Below, piece after piece: positions 1-12,786 of a stretch of 64,000 nt of DNA. The notes beneath the pieces are model-generated. The model saw only the letters and a list, made by a program, of their open reading frames with translations. It had not been told where the DNA came from and did not search any database. The stretch lies in NCBI GenBank assembly GCA_047495785.1, contig JBLDXI010000015.1, positions 2,356,001-2,420,000 on the forward strand, given 5' to 3'. A program made the position numbers and the translations under genes. Positions within the stretch are counted from its first letter, which is position 1. Every line of letters begins with the position of its first letter. Origin of the DNA: Lepidodermella squamata. Its lineage: Eukaryota; Animalia; Gastrotricha.

Positions 1-69
1 GCAGGCAATGAAAACGAATGAGAGATTCAGAATAACTAAAGAAATCTTAAATTTTCGGACAGTAGCCAT
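1..69 (-). CDS. 5' end of a probable secreted-protein gene running off the window start (MATVRKFKISLVILNLSFVFIAC...)
   Basis: ATG at 69 followed by a basic+hydrophobic signal-peptide-like stretch; homologous decayed copies lie at ~4990-5385 and ~13150-14065. Confidence 0.4.
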   Translation of the reverse strand, partial: MATVRKFKISLVILNLSFVFIAC

Positions 70-318
70 TTTATGGATGAAAAAAGGAGCGTAAATTACA
101 TTAGCTATTTTATTCTAATAAAAAATGTGTTTACATGAAGCTACTCCACGCGCTCGCAATATGGCACACAAATAAAATAAATACACGAGGCTTCAGCAAA
201 ACTTCAAACAAACAAAAAACTGAAAATTGGGAGAAAATATGCTGTTTACGAGTAGGGTCTTTGACTGCCACAATTTACTACTGCCACCTTCCGATATTAC
301 CATTCACTCAATGCAAAC

Positions 319-2976
319 TTACAAGGCACTTGAGTTTCTTGGGGTGTTACCAGCACCTGAAGGAACGTTCGCACCTGTCAACGTGGACTGTCTGCCGGCT
401 CTCAATCCTCGTTTTTCCATAACTGAAGCCAGAGCAATAAAAGCGTAGATCAAACCCGTTGTTGTGGCTACTATCATCACGTATTGTGAGTTCTTCGCCC
501 GCGGTAGAGAAATCAGAACACCAGCTACGATAATCGCAGCCTCAGCAATCAGACAGGCCCTGGCCTTATTGAATCGCCAACGTGTACGAGATCCATGACT
601 CAGCAGTTTTGCGACTGTGCCAATCGAATGAGTTCGGAAAATCGCATAGATAAAGAAAAGTGTTTGAACCACTGCCAACACCGCCAAAATCGTAATGCCA
701 GCGTAGTTGTGCCGATCAGCAGCAAAGAACGTGCACTGATAGGAGAAAACTTCGAAAAGAACACTCGGATCGATTTTAGATGCCTCGGAATACAGAAAGA
801 CACGCTCAACGAAAAATGGCTGAACAGCTAGAAAGCTGATAACGAGGGAGCACGTGCCAATGACCCATGCAAGCGCTGCATTCTTGAGAGCGTCTGCTGA
901 CATCGAAAAACTATCGTCGTTGATCATAGCTGCGGAGCTTAAGCTTTGCGAGGAGGATCCTGCACTCCGCTTGATCGCTTTCGCAGCCTTCGCCAACACA
1001 GCAGATGCATAAGCTTCGCTGAGCTTCAAACCGAGTGTTTCAACCTTCGCATATAGACCGAAGATTGAGATGAAAAATCCCGCTGATAGAAGGAACGAAT
1101 AAGAGTAACAATTCGCTAATATTTTGTTTCCGTTGTTAAATGGTAGTGACAGGGTATGACTAAGCATCAATAAGAGCCCTGAAACTATCGCGATATCGTG
1201 TATTCTCAATCTTCTCCACCTTCTCTTTTGCTGAACGTGAATCCAATACAAAATCATGATTAATCCAAGAGCCCCAAAGGCCACCAGAGTACAAAATGTT
1301 TCCAAAGTTAGGATATTTTGCTCGACAGACACTTTCAAAACTGAATCTCTGGGTGGGAGCCCGTCGATTGTCAACCACAAGCTGTTGATATCAAGCAACT
1401 CAACTCTGTCTGCTTTGTTTATCGAGTAGAGCGCGAACATCTTGATCTCCACGCTTCTAGCATGCGAAAATGTTATTGGCGTGTAGCCTAGGGAATTCGA
1501 TTGCGTCCTCTCATCGAATTGATACTCGCTTTTAAGGCCTCTCACTTTCGCCATGGAGTAAACAGCTTTACGTGTGATAGCCGCCATAATCGTCGGAATT
1601 TCTATGAAATTTCTTGAATCAGTCGTCCAGTCAAGCAAAGTTTCGTTCCTTTCATTTTTGAGAATCTCCTGGACCCTTTTCACCAGATGGCCGATGAAAA
1701 TCGTTTTGTCGTAGTAATGTACATGCCAAAATTCGAAATCGGTATTTAGGGTGGCATCTGGTAGTCGAGAGTTGAGCTCTTTTCTATAGTTCGTATAGGA
1801 CATGCCAGTCGAATCAGTCCAGTTCCAGCCGAAAACAGCGTATAGTTTCGAGTCCCCAGCAAATATGAAACTCGATGTCAACACTTTCTTCAAGTAGTCT
1901 CGGCTGCACCAATCAGCTACAAAATCCGGTACAGTGGCCGTGTCAGGATTAAATACACTCCAGTAGGTGTGGAACCAAACTCGATCTGGTCCGTAGAGTC
2001 CGTAGCGGTACGCGAAACACGTGAAAGGAATGACGGAGTCTCCGTGAGCGAAAATGATCCTTGCGTCGGCTTTTTTGACCGCAGCAAAGGCAGTTGCTAG
2101 ATCGTCTCCATCGTCCGATTTAAAGTCGACCTTCACGTAGGCTATCAAGCTGATGTTCATGGCCTCCATAGTAGGTATTACGAAATTGTCCATCTTGATT
2201 ATGAGATAAAACATTTTTGAAATTTTTTCAAGGGACAGAAACTTACCCCATTCCAGTAGGTATTCCGTTCAGAGATGATCGCAACCTTCGACCAACCCAT
2301 TTTCTTAACGAATTCCACCTTTGCACCATGGCTGTTGTAAGACGTGACACCCAGGGTGTGGAGGGAGCTATACATGTTGCGTTTGACTGTAGTTATAGGA
2401 TAGTTGTTGAGGATAACGAACTAAGTCGTACATAAATCATGGGTTCTGTTTAAATCTGACGATGATTCTGAAATTGAACTTACTGCTTGGTAACCAAACT
2501 CTCGAGCCAGGTAAGACGATGTCGGCTGAACAAACCCACTACAACTGCCAGCTAGTAGTAGAGGGAGTCTTGCTGTAGCATTGCCACCATCTAGTAACCG
2601 GCGAGTTACTCCGTCAATCGCAACTGGATCTGAACACTTTCTCGCAAGAAAATTTCAACCTCAAACATTGCGGAAATAATTTCGATACCTGGTCGTTAAA
2701 CAGTTCCATAGATATTGAATAGCCAGGTAGGAAGTCTGGCCCTAGTGTCTCAAGCTGATCTAGCGCTATTTCCATGCTTTTTATAGCTAAGGGTCCAAGC
2801 TGAAAGTATGGACCATCGTATGGAATGGAAGCTAACACCCTTATCTGAGTTTTGTTCGAATTTCCTTTCAAAGTGGAAGGGTTCAACATGCTGGGCATAG
2901 GAACCTTAGCTTGTTGACTGCTTACATCGCTAACTATAATGATGAAATTCAGTAAGACGTAACGATAATACGTCAT
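319..2976 (-). CDS. Class C GPCR, GABA-B-like (Venus flytrap + 7TM, no cysteine-rich domain), copy A; exons 2976-2689, 2636-2484, 2420-2247, 2193-319
   Basis: Signal peptide; VFT motifs (DFLPGYSISMEL, MGWSKVAIIS, ADARIIF, GLYGPDRVWF); seven hydrophobic helices with TM3 LYAK and an ECL2 Cys; three phase-0 GT-AG introns (52, 63, 53 nt) join open frames. Confidence 0.9.
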
Positions 2977-3381
2977 CTTTTCAGTCTTCAAGACCTCGAC
3001 TGAATTCACTTTTGAGCTCAAGATTTTCTGATACGTAATGAAACTTGATATCGTCAATTAACAAATACTAATGATCAGCACTGTTTCAGCTAGCACCTAC
3101 ACGCGAGGTAGACTATAATTTGGGTAATCAGCCTTCGCAGTACTGAGTGTCTAAATACTCGACTGACAGGTTGCCCTATATGATCTTGTATCGTGATCTT
3201 GTGATCTTGTGATCTTGTAAACAGCACCACACTATATTCAATATGATCGTTGCGGCTGGAATGAGGTAACTTGATAGTACAACTGCACATCGTTTCTTGA
3301 TAATTCTTCTATTTCATTCAAGTTAGAAGTTGAATAAAGGTTCAATAAAGGTTCAACTTCTTCAAGGTTGGAATTTGAATA

Positions 3382-3537
3382 CAGTGGAACCTCGATTTCC
3401 CGTCTGACGGGAAATCGCGATATGCAAATATTTAGGGGCGTCTTGGACCCGCAGAGTGCAATTACATGCAAAACTACCTAGATTTTCCGTCAGGATTTTC
3501 GTGGAACCGCAGAAGACAGGAAGTCGGGGTTCCACTG
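3382..3537. mobile_element. Tc1/mariner/pogo-type MITE
   Basis: TIRs CAGTGGAACCTCG...CGGGGTTCCACTG flanked by TA on both sides; sits at the 3' end of the H2-like pseudogene. Confidence 0.85.
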
Positions 3538-3540
3538 TAG

Positions 3541-3917
3541 TTTAGAAAATGCTCGCCGATATTTTCTGTTCATATAAGCGCATGGATGATTGGATTATAT
3601 AGTGAGTTAACATAACCCAGCCATGTTAAAGCCGTCTCAAAGTTAGGATACGAGGTTGTAAAGCTCAACCACGCATGGTCATCGATATACCGCTTCAATG
3701 TAGATAATCTGCAAAAAGTTTTCAGGTAATTTCATCATAAAATCTTAAGACAGGGCTTACACAAAATAAGGCAGCCAACAGGCTATGAACACACCGACAA
3801 TGATGAGCGTTGTCATCGAACAAACGATGAGTTTCGCGAATATTATTCCGCCGCGCAACTCGCAAAATTTGCGAGTAAGACAAAACAAAAAGAGGAATGA
3901 CTGAGTAGTGATGCCTA
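3541..3917 (-). pseudogene. Truncated, internally deleted duplicate of the histamine-H2-like GPCR at 17271-18850 (TM5-TM7 remnants)
   Basis: High nucleotide similarity to 17289-17560 and 18020-18135; most of ICL3 deleted, 5' half absent. Confidence 0.85.
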
Positions 3918-4104
3918 CCCTGCGTTGTAAGCCCGAATATACTCGCCGAAATTGCTAGCGGTTGGGTTCGGTATTCAGAAGAATTAAAATTAATTAAAAC
4001 TTGAATTGAATTTCGGCTGCAATATGATAGTGAAATTCTCCGATGCTCACTTTGGTGTATGTATTCAGGTGACTGCGCAATTCTTAGCAGCACTAGGCAC
4101 AAGC

Positions 4105-4178
4105 GCCTCCTTGGCTCAGTTGGCTAGAGCGCCAGTCTCATAATCTGGAGGTCGTGAGTTCGATCCTCACAGGGGGCA
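4105..4178 (+). tRNA. tRNA-Met(CAT), elongator type
   Basis: Cloverleaf GCCTCCT...AGGGGGCA, anticodon loop CTCATAA, A/B boxes, downstream T-run. Confidence 0.95.
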
Positions 4179-4244
4179 GCTCCATGTTTTTTATGCTGCC
4201 TGAGTCGCATTCATAACCCAGATCTAATCTCATCAATCCACAAT

Positions 4245-4316
4245 TGATTGATGGTCTAGTCGTTAGGATTCCGCGTTCTCACCGCGGCGGCCCGGGTTCG
4301 ATTCCCGGTCAGGGAA
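4245..4316 (+). pseudogene. tRNA-Glu(CTC) pseudogene
   Basis: Anticodon and T arms intact; 5' acceptor strand TGATTGA no longer pairs fully with TCAGGGA; D-loop GG changed to CG. Confidence 0.75.
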
Positions 4317-4383
4317 AAATTTTTCTCCCATATTCATCGCAACTTGGGATAATGACCTTATTGGGCACCCTTGCAGCCAGCCA

Positions 4384-4456
4384 GGTTCCGTAGTGTAGTG
4401 GTTATCACGTCTCCTTCACACGGAGAAGGTCGCGGGTTCGAACCCCGCCGGAACCT
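4384..4456 (+). tRNA. tRNA-Val(CAC)
   Basis: GGTTCCG...CGGAACC acceptor stem, anticodon arm TCTCC-TTCACAC-GGAGA. Confidence 0.92.
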
Positions 4457-4528
4457 CGTCCAACATTTTTCCAACGTCGAAAAGGTTAAATTGCGAATAA
4501 GAGGATTCCATTTCTTTTGAGATCATGT

Positions 4529-4600
4529 GGGGATGTAGCTCAGTGGTAGAGCGCTTGCTTTGCATGTAAGATGCCCCGGGTTCAAACCCCGGCATCTCCA
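4529..4600 (+). tRNA. tRNA-Ala(TGC)
   Basis: GGGGATG...CATCTCCA with G3:U70, anticodon TGC, T-run terminator. Confidence 0.95.
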
Positions 4601-4755
4601 ATTTTTATTCAAACTTGAAGATAATTTTGACCAGCCTAAATGTTGCAAGAGAGTTGGGGATATCCAAGAAATTAATTTGGCTTTTAAAATCGGCTCTCGG
4701 CTCAGTCGAAGTTTTAATTATACACTTCACTGCCACTCACCTCTAAAAATGTTAT

Positions 4756-4837
4756 CGCTGCCAGTAGGATTTGAACCTACGCGCGGAGACCGCATCTGAT
4801 TTCAAGTCAGACCCCTTAACCACTCGGGCATAGCAGC
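4756..4837 (-). tRNA. tRNA-Ser(TGA)
   Basis: Long variable arm, anticodon arm TCTGA-CTTGAAA-TCAGA, G73. Confidence 0.93.
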
Positions 4838-4989
4838 TTGTTGAATTTCGAAACTGATAGGAACATAAAAAAAATGAGATTAACACTCTGAAAATGGTGA
4901 AATGGATATAGAAAACTATAGACGCTCAACGTTTTAGCAGGGTCCCATTATTCATCGGCGGAATGTACATACTGCGTGCTGTAGTTTTC

Positions 4990-5385
4990 GGCACAAGCAT
5001 CGTCTACTCTTTGGACTTTGGACAAACCAATTGTCAACAGTCGCTTTGGCCTAATAATCTCAGCCATTGTGAGTAAAGTGTTGATATTAGCAGAAACTAA
5101 CAACTTTTTCAAATCTAAGGATCCGGATTTTAGCTCATCGACTGGGGCGTATCCAGGCGGGATTATTCCAAGCATGTCATTAAACTATTTCAGGCCCTCT
5201 GCAAACCCTTTATATCAGAACATTGTCGATCATAACTTACCAGCAGAGAGTTGTTACCTTTACTAGTTTCGAAAATGCCAAAGACTTTCTCATCCCGATG
5301 ATCGATATTGCAGGTCAGGCAATCAAGACGGATGAGAGATTCAGAATAACTAAGAAAAGATCAAGTTTTCGGACCGTAGCCATTT
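4990..5385 (-). pseudogene. Decayed copy of the secreted-protein gene that starts at position 69
   Basis: Aligns to 1-100 and to 13330-14065; contains stops and frameshifts. Confidence 0.55.
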
Positions 5386-5609
5386 TATGAATGACCCCAA
5401 GAAAAAGGGTCGTAAATTTGACTAGCTATTTTATTCCAATGGAAAATCCATTCACATGACGCTACTTCACGTGTTTTCGATATGGTACTAATATCAACAA
5501 TCAGCTCACAAGTTTACAAAGCATTAACCACGAGTAAGAAAAAACCGTCGAATTGACAAAGACAGGAATTTTTTCACGGTTAGGAACACCTTAACACTTA
5601 CATGCCAGT

Positions 5610-8239
5610 TCAGTTTCCTGGGATATTTTTCAGACCTGAAGAATTGAAATTACTGGCACCTGAAGCAACATTTGCAACTGTCGCAGCAGGTGACGGTCTA
5701 GCGGCTCTCGGTCCTGTGTAGTCCATCGCTGAAGCCAGAGCAATAAAAGCGTAGATCAAACCCGTTGTTGTGGCTACAATCATCACGTATTGTGAGTTCT
5801 TAGCTCGTGGTAAAGAAATCAGAACACCAGCTACGATAATCGCAGCCTCGGCAATCAGACAGGCTCTGGCCTTATTGAATCGCCAACGTGTACGAGATCC
5901 ATGGCTCAACAGTTTTGCGACTGTGCCAATCGAATGAGCTCGGAAAATCGCATATATGAGGAAAATTGTTTGAACCACTGCCAACACCGCCAAAATCGTA
6001 ATGCCAGCGTAGTTATGCCGATCAGCAGCAAAGAACGTGCACTGATAGGAGAAAACTTCGAAAAGAACACTCGGATCGATTTTAGATGCCTCGGAATACA
6101 GAAAGACACGCTCTACAAAAAATGGTTGAACAGCTAGAAAGCTGATAATAAGAGAGCATGAGCCAACAACCCAAGCTGTCGCTGCTTTCTTGAGATCTTC
6201 TGCCGAAATCGAAAAACTATCGTTGCTAATTACGTCATTGTTCTTTTTTGCAGCTCTAGCCACAGAAGCAGCTGAGTGAGCATCGCTGATTTTCAAACCG
6301 AATGCTTCAAGTTTCGCATATAGGCCGAAAATTGAGATGAAAAATCCGACTGTGAGAAGGAATGAATACGAGTAACAATTTGCTAATATTTTGATTCCGC
6401 TGTTAAAGGGTAACGCAAAGGTATGGGTGAAAATAAGAAATAGCCCTGCAATAACGAGAAAATCGTGCATTTTCACGTTTCTCAATCCTCTTTTTCGCTG
6501 CATATGAAGCCAAAATAGAATGAAGAGTAATCCGATAGCCCCAAGTGCCACTAAAGCGCAAAATGCTTCCAAAGTTAGAAGGTTCTGCTCGAAAGGTAGT
6601 TTTAGCACAGAATCTCTAGGTGGGAGGCCGTCCATTGTCAGCCACAAGTTTCTGGTATCAAGCAACTCAACTCTATCGGCTTTGTTAATTGAGTACAGTG
6701 CGAATGTCTTGATTTCCACGTTCCTAGCATGTGAAAAAGTTATCGGTGTGTAGCCTAAGGAATTCGATTGCGTCCTCTCATCGAATTGATACTCGCCTTT
6801 AAGGCCTCTGACTTTGGACATGGAGTAAACAGCTTTACGTGTGACGGCCTCCATAATCTTCGGATTTTCTATGAAATTTTTCGAATCCGTCGTCCAGTCG
6901 AGCAAAGTTTCATTCCGCTCTTTTTTGAGAATCTCTTGAACCCTTTTCACGAGATGCCCGATGAAAAGAGTTTTGTCGTAGAAATTCACATGCCAAAATT
7001 CAAAATCGTTGTTTAAGGTGGCATCTGGTAGTCGAGAAATGAGCTCTTTTCTGTAGTTCGTATACGACATGCCCGTCGAATCAGTCCAGTTCCAGCCAAA
7101 CACTGCATACAGTTTCGAGTCGCCGGCAAAAATGAAGCTTGAGGTCAAGACTTTCCTCAAATCGTCCCGGCTGCACCATTTAGCGACAAAGTCCGGAATA
7201 GTGACCGTATCTGGATTAAATACGCTCCAGTAGGTGTGGAACCAAACTCGATCAGGTCCGTAGAGGCCGTAGCGGTACGCGAAACACGTGAAAGGAATGA
7301 CGGAGTCTCCGTGGGCGAAAATGATCCTAGCGTCCGCTTTTTTGACCGCAGCAAAGGCAGTTGCTAGATCGTCATCATCGTCAGATTTGAAGTCGACTTT
7401 CACATAAGCTAACGAGCTGATATTCATAGATTCCATAGTTTGAATAACAAAGTTGTCAATCTTGAAGGTGAGAAGATAAAACTCTTAGATATATTTCCGA
7501 TGGACAGAAACTTACCCCATTCCAGAAGGTACTTCGTTCAGAGATGATCGCAACCTTTGACCAACCCATTTTCTTGACGAATTCCACCTTAGCACCATGG
7601 TTGTTATATGAAGTCACGCCCAGGGTGTGGAAGGAGCTATACATGTTACGTTTGACTGTTGTAATAGGGTAGTTGTTGATGATAACGAACTTGAAGACAT
7701 TTAAAACCTGACATCTGTTTTATATATGCTTATTATTTGAACCTACTGCTTGGTAGCCAAAGTCTCGAGCCAAGTATGACGATGTCGGCTGAACAAATGC
7801 ACTGCAAGTTCCAGCTAGTAGCAGAGGAAGCCTTGCTGTTGCATTGTCACCGTCGAGTAACCTGCGAGTCACTCTATCAATTGCAACGGGATCTGAACAC
7901 TTTATCAAGAAATACTTCAACCTCCAGATATTGCGGGAAAAATACCGTTACCTGGTCGTTAATCAGTTCCAAAGATAGCGAATAGCCGGGTAGAAAGTCT
8001 GGCCCCATTGCTTCAAGCTGGTCAAGGGCGATTTCCATGCTTTTTACAGCCAGGGGTCCCAGTTGAAAATATGGACCATCGTACGGAATGGAAGCTAGCA
8101 CCCTTATCTGAGTTTTGTTCGCATTCCCTTTCAAAGTGGAAGGGTTCAAGATGCTGGGCATTGGAACCTTGGCTTGCTGGCTGGTCACATTGCCAACCGA
8201 ATATATCGAATTCAGCAAGAGGCACAGATAAATCCACAT
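5610..8239 (-). CDS. Class C GPCR, GABA-B-like, copy B (4 exons, same intron positions as copy A)
   Basis: Paralogue of copies A and C; all exons open; ICL2 shorter than in A/C. Confidence 0.9.
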
Positions 8240-9119
8240 CTTTTCAGCCCTCTAGACATGAGATTCTTGCATATGAATGCCCTAATCTTTTATACTCAAT
8301 AGTATTTAATTGATGAAACTTGATATCGTCAATTTCGATTGATTGGGCTGGTCTGCCGACTAATCCACTCACGCAACGGAGGCGAGAAACCAGGTATTCA
8401 GGTAATCGAAATTGCAGCTGCGCCTAATTGCATTGAATGTTGGCGGAGGACCTATAGATTATAGAGCTAAGCGGTACATTTTCTAACATCATCTCTATCG
8501 CTAAAATTCGCGAAAAGGTAATACGAATAAGGGATCCTCATGGTTACTCGTATTTCATATTCTATGGAAGGTTGAAAATACTGAGACATTTAGCAATTAT
8601 AGTAAAAGAAAAGAAAAACATTCAATAGCAGGATATATCCAGGCGCCTGAACTCAGACGTGACGTGGTATTGTGAGTTAATGTGCGTGAGTAAATCCACG
8701 CAGCTCGAACTCGTCTGGAGAAACAAAATATTTATAATTGAGTCTGCTGCTTGATAACAGCGTGAACTGCTGGCAATCTGAAAAATATCGAGAAAATCCA
8801 GGAGAAATCCGGAAACGTAAGGTCATGGTACATCTTATGGATAGAAGGGGCGAACTTAAGTACTTATTGTCAGGCACAATTTTTATCATTTCGTTAGGCA
8901 TCATCCTAGGAGGCATCACCAAGACACTACGCACTGCGGAACAGGAGCCTCTTCGTATTTAGACGAATTCAAGGTCTTCGAATCCGCGGATAGATTGGCG
9001 CACAGAAATCAAGACGTAGCGCTTTCGTGGACAAGGATTTGCAAATAACCTAATTCATGCGGTGACATTTCGCAGCGATACAGTGATGAGAAATGTAAGA
9101 GATGCAACGAAACTGATGT

Positions 9120-9300
9120 CCTGAATTTAACATCGTATTATTAAGATTCAGAGTATAAATAGAAACAAGATTGGTCCCATGCAAGAACCCTGCGGAACAC
9201 CGGTACATCGGTCAGCCCATTCAGAGTTACCCGGCCTGATGCGATTTCGAAATTCGCGTCTCGTTACAAAGGGCAATACTGACTTGTTACTTTCGACAAT
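9120..9300 (-). mobile_element. Degenerate non-LTR retrotransposon (CR1/L2-like) reverse-transcriptase fragment
   Basis: SEW...TGVPQGSCMGPILF matches the LINE RT motif GVPQGSxLGPxLF. Confidence 0.65.
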
Positions 9301-9969
9301 ATCGTCGCGTTGCGTTTGAAAGGGGCTACTCAATCATTATTATTCATAAGAAATCCATCATGAAATTTTAAATAGTGGCTCCTTTCAAACGCAATGCGAC
9401 GATATCCGGCCAATCATTCCTTGCATAACGCTCACCGCAACCACGTCAAACTGGCCGCAATTCGACGTGGTTGTAGTGTGCAAGGCTCGATTATAGGCTC
9501 GATTTTCGGTCGTGTCATAGTCCGATGCATTTTTTTTGTAGGTGGTGGTCGTGCGGTCGGGTTGGTTGATGATGGGCAAAAGCTGGTTGTTCGATGCAAA
9601 CTCTGTCCTTAAATTTCTCTGCCGTTTTTAAAGCTATGGGTTTGCCCAAGTGACGTAGATAGGGCGCCGCACTCAGAGCACGCCGGCTGACAAAAAGCGT
9701 CTTCACTTTTTATCTCAACAATATTCTCAATATATCTGCAACATGAAAAAATAATAAGGCTCAATTCAAATTTGTTTAATAATTTAAATTAAAAAATCAG
9801 AAATTAATTAGTTCACATTTTAAAGATCGCAAAAAGTAGAGTTTTGACGCGGCGTCCGAAATGCTATCAAGAATGAAGAGGACGAAGTCAGCTCGAGGGC
9901 GAGAACAGTAGCCATAACTCCGCCGCATCACGTCGATGGCTTAGGGCTTAGGTGACAAAAAGCTGAAGC

Positions 9970-10043
9970 TGCCCCCTGTGAGGATCGAACTCACGACCTC
10001 CAGATTATGAGACTGGCGCTCTAGCCAACTGAGCCAAGGAGGC
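9970..10043 (-). tRNA. tRNA-Met(CAT)
   Basis: Identical to 4105-4178. Confidence 0.95.
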
Positions 10044-10122
10044 GCTTGTGGTCACCCTGGGTCCTATTTTCATCTTCTAAATTGAACGTCGATGTCTGAT
10101 GTTAGGGGAAAAAGAGGCGCCG

Positions 10123-10194
10123 AGGCCCAGACGGGGATCGAACCCGCGACCTTCTGTTTACAAGACAGATGCTCTACCACTAAGCTACTGAGCC
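10123..10194 (-). tRNA. tRNA-Thr(TGT)
   Basis: Anticodon arm TCTGT-CTTGTAA-ACAGA, canonical arms. Confidence 0.92.
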
Positions 10195-10256
10195 GGCTGA
10201 TAGCTTGATTAATATTTCCTGTTGAATCGATATTTCCAAGATTTTTAAAAAGTTAG

Positions 10257-10328
10257 CGACCCAGATGGGACTCGAACCCACAATCTCCGGCTCCGGAGGC
10301 CGACGCCTTACCATTAGGCCACTAGGCC
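10257..10328 (-). tRNA. tRNA-Arg(CCG)
   Basis: Anticodon arm TCGGC-CTCCGGA-GCCGG, canonical arms. Confidence 0.9.
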
Positions 10329-10478
10329 GAGGCAATACTGCGAGTTTCCAGCTCCAAAGAGTAGACTATGCTTGTGCCGTAAATTTCCAGCAAACAAGTC
10401 GAGCGGCTATACTTGCCTATACAATCTATGTCACCAATTTTAAAATTTATGCTCATAATGAGATTCGAAAACCATCAA

Positions 10479-10560
10479 GCTGCTATGCCCGAGTGGTTAA
10501 GGGGTCTGACTTGAAAGCAGATGCGGTCTCCGCGCGTAGGTTCAAATCCTACTGGCAGCG
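10479..10560 (+). tRNA. tRNA-Ser(TGA), one anticodon-stem mismatch
   Basis: As 4756-4837 but T>G in the 3' anticodon stem. Confidence 0.8.
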
Positions 10561-10680
10561 ATAACATTTTTTAGAATAGAGCGGAACTCGATTAAATAAC
10601 TCATAACTGTTGCTGAGTCTATTCTGTCTGAGGTAAGAAAAAACTCGCGTCGAATTACATTTCAGATTTGAAACAAAAAT

Positions 10681-10752
10681 TGGAGATGCCGGGGTTTGAA
10701 CCCGGGACATCTTACATGCCAAGCAAGCGCTCTACCACTGAGCTACATCGCC
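10681..10752 (-). pseudogene. tRNA-Ala-derived gene with GGC anticodon and C3, probable pseudogene
   Basis: Copy of Ala(TGC) with T34>G and G3>C, destroying the G3:U70 AlaRS identity pair. Confidence 0.75.
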
Positions 10753-10826
10753 ACATGATTTCAAAAGACACCAATCCTACCCAAAATGGTACTCAAATCT
10801 TATCAGAGTTGGAAACATGTTCGAGG

Positions 10827-10899
10827 AGGTTCCGGCGGAGTTCGAACCCGCGACCTTCTCCGTGTGAAGGAGACGTGATAACCACTACACTACGGAACC
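10827..10899 (-). tRNA. tRNA-Val(CAC)
   Basis: Copy of 4384-4456 with one T-stem C>T. Confidence 0.88.
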
Positions 10900-10964
10900 T
10901 GGATGCCGATTAGCTCCGACGTCAAACACTCGAGAAAATTCTGGATCTTCTAACAAGCAATAGC

Positions 10965-10997
10965 AACCGGGAATCCTAACCACTAGACTATCAGGGA
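10965..10997 (-). pseudogene. tRNA-Glu 5'-half remnant
   Basis: TCCCTGATAGTCTAGTGGTTAGGATTCC then diverges; occupies the Glu slot of the cassette. Confidence 0.65.
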
Positions 10998-11069
10998 CGG
11001 TGGAAACTGAATCTAATTGTGAAGGGACTTTCATCAGTAAATAGGCTCTCAGTGTCAAAAAGTTGAAGC

Positions 11070-11143
11070 TGCCCCCTGTGAGGATCGAACTCACGACCTC
11101 CAGATTATGAGACTGGCGCTCTAGCCAACTGAGCCAAGGAGGC
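11070..11143 (-). tRNA. tRNA-Met(CAT)
   Basis: Identical to 4105-4178. Confidence 0.95.
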
Positions 11144-11428
11144 GCTCGTAGTTACTCGGGCCGATTTATGTAGGAATATATCAGCCATTTTTTAAAAAAG
11201 CTCTTACCATTGGATAGGCCTTGTAAAATGATCATATTATGCCCTAATATGATTTTAGTTAAGTGTATCCGTTTTGAGCTTCGGAGGCATGTCGCGGGGT
11301 GCACGACAGAACCACTTGTTTAGACTCCATACACCTCTGTTAATGGAAAACCTCCGTATTTGTAAGCGATTTTGTCTCCCGTGTATTTTATTTCTCGAAA
11401 ATTATTTTTTATTAAAATAATAATTTTA

Positions 11429-12346
11429 GAGGGCTGTGATCGTACATAAATAAGATTTATAACAACATTATAATGACGTTATAGTGTGACACAGAAAAAA
11501 ATCTATCGTACACTTTTTATTGTTGGTGCTATGTTATTGCCTATTCTGCCTATTCTGCTGCTTCAATTGCATTCTTTACTACAGTCATTATCACTAGTTT
11601 CAGCAGATCGTTTTCGATAAACCGGTAAATCGAATCACGAGTTTCAAAATATATGATAGATTGAGTGTTATCATTCAATTTCATCGCACACCTGTTACCT
11701 TTTAACTGGTATCTAACAGCTTTCTTAGCAGATTAAGAAGCTATAGAAGCTGGCATTACCCCTGAGAAATATTTTTCTCCTTTGACAAATTCCACAATCA
11801 TTCGATGACTTGAAATCTAGCTATTGCATCATTCGAAATGGCAGCTTTTACGAGGCACTTCAATATTATGCCAAATAAGGCGTGGGAGGGTAAATTGTTC
11901 AAGCTGGGGAAAACTCGTTTGTGATTAAAATCACAAAAGAAAGGCATCAGCATACAGGTAGTTTGTGACACGAAAAATGCGGCTATTGGCGGATTGAAAA
12001 TCGAGTTAGCTTTTGGTAGTTTTTGTATCACGATTATTTTCTTGAGAAAAATGGTAAAAACTAGCTTTCCAGATTCAACAAAAGAATTGGAACATCGTCT
12101 TGAGGCCATTGGCTATGCAGACCGCGAGGGCAGTGTTTCATCTCTGCGCGCAATGTCAAAATTTATGAATGAAGGAAATGACCCTAATGACGTGAATAAC
12201 GTAAGAGAATATTAGAACTTAAACAGCAGCAAAAAATCACAGTATTTTTTTGCTGCACATAAAACTTAGCGCGAGCGATTTATATTAGCGTTATAAGCAA
12301 AAAATAAATTTATAACAAATTTATTACTCTTTCGATCACAGCCCTC
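11429..12346. mobile_element. Non-autonomous PIF/Harbinger-type element
   Basis: Perfect 14-bp TIRs GAGGGCTGTGATCG...CGATCACAGCCCTC with TTA on both sides (3-bp TWA TSD). Confidence 0.8.
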
Positions 12347-12786
12347 TTAGTTTGATAATTTGGCGCCGTTGGCAACGTAATTTCAGCGCTGCGGGCGTAT
12401 TTCTAGCTTTTTTTCTTGACCGTCGAGCGGTGTTATCTCACCCAATACCCAACCTCTCGATCTTACAGACCGCTGCTTTTTATTTAAGCTCATTGAGATT
12501 GCGAATAACCAATAGGTATCGTGCGCACGCGATTTTTCGAGTTCTTTGCTTTTCCAAATTACTACAACCCATTGAAATCAATGAAGTTTACTGAATTCGT
12601 TCCAATCCGTTAACAGCCCTATCTAACTACTGCAACCCTCCGTAAATGCAAACGCGTGTCTCCCGACCTTTGGAAAAGGATTATGATTGCTTAGCGATAA
12701 GATTTCATTCCTAGATATATGAATTTATTAGCCGCTATTTTGACAATCAGCTTTGTCTTTCTGAGCGAAGCAGGTTTCTCATAGGG

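Noticed and set aside
3179-3218. (GTGATCTT)n short tandem repeat
   Set aside because: Only 3-4 units; ordinary slippage repeat
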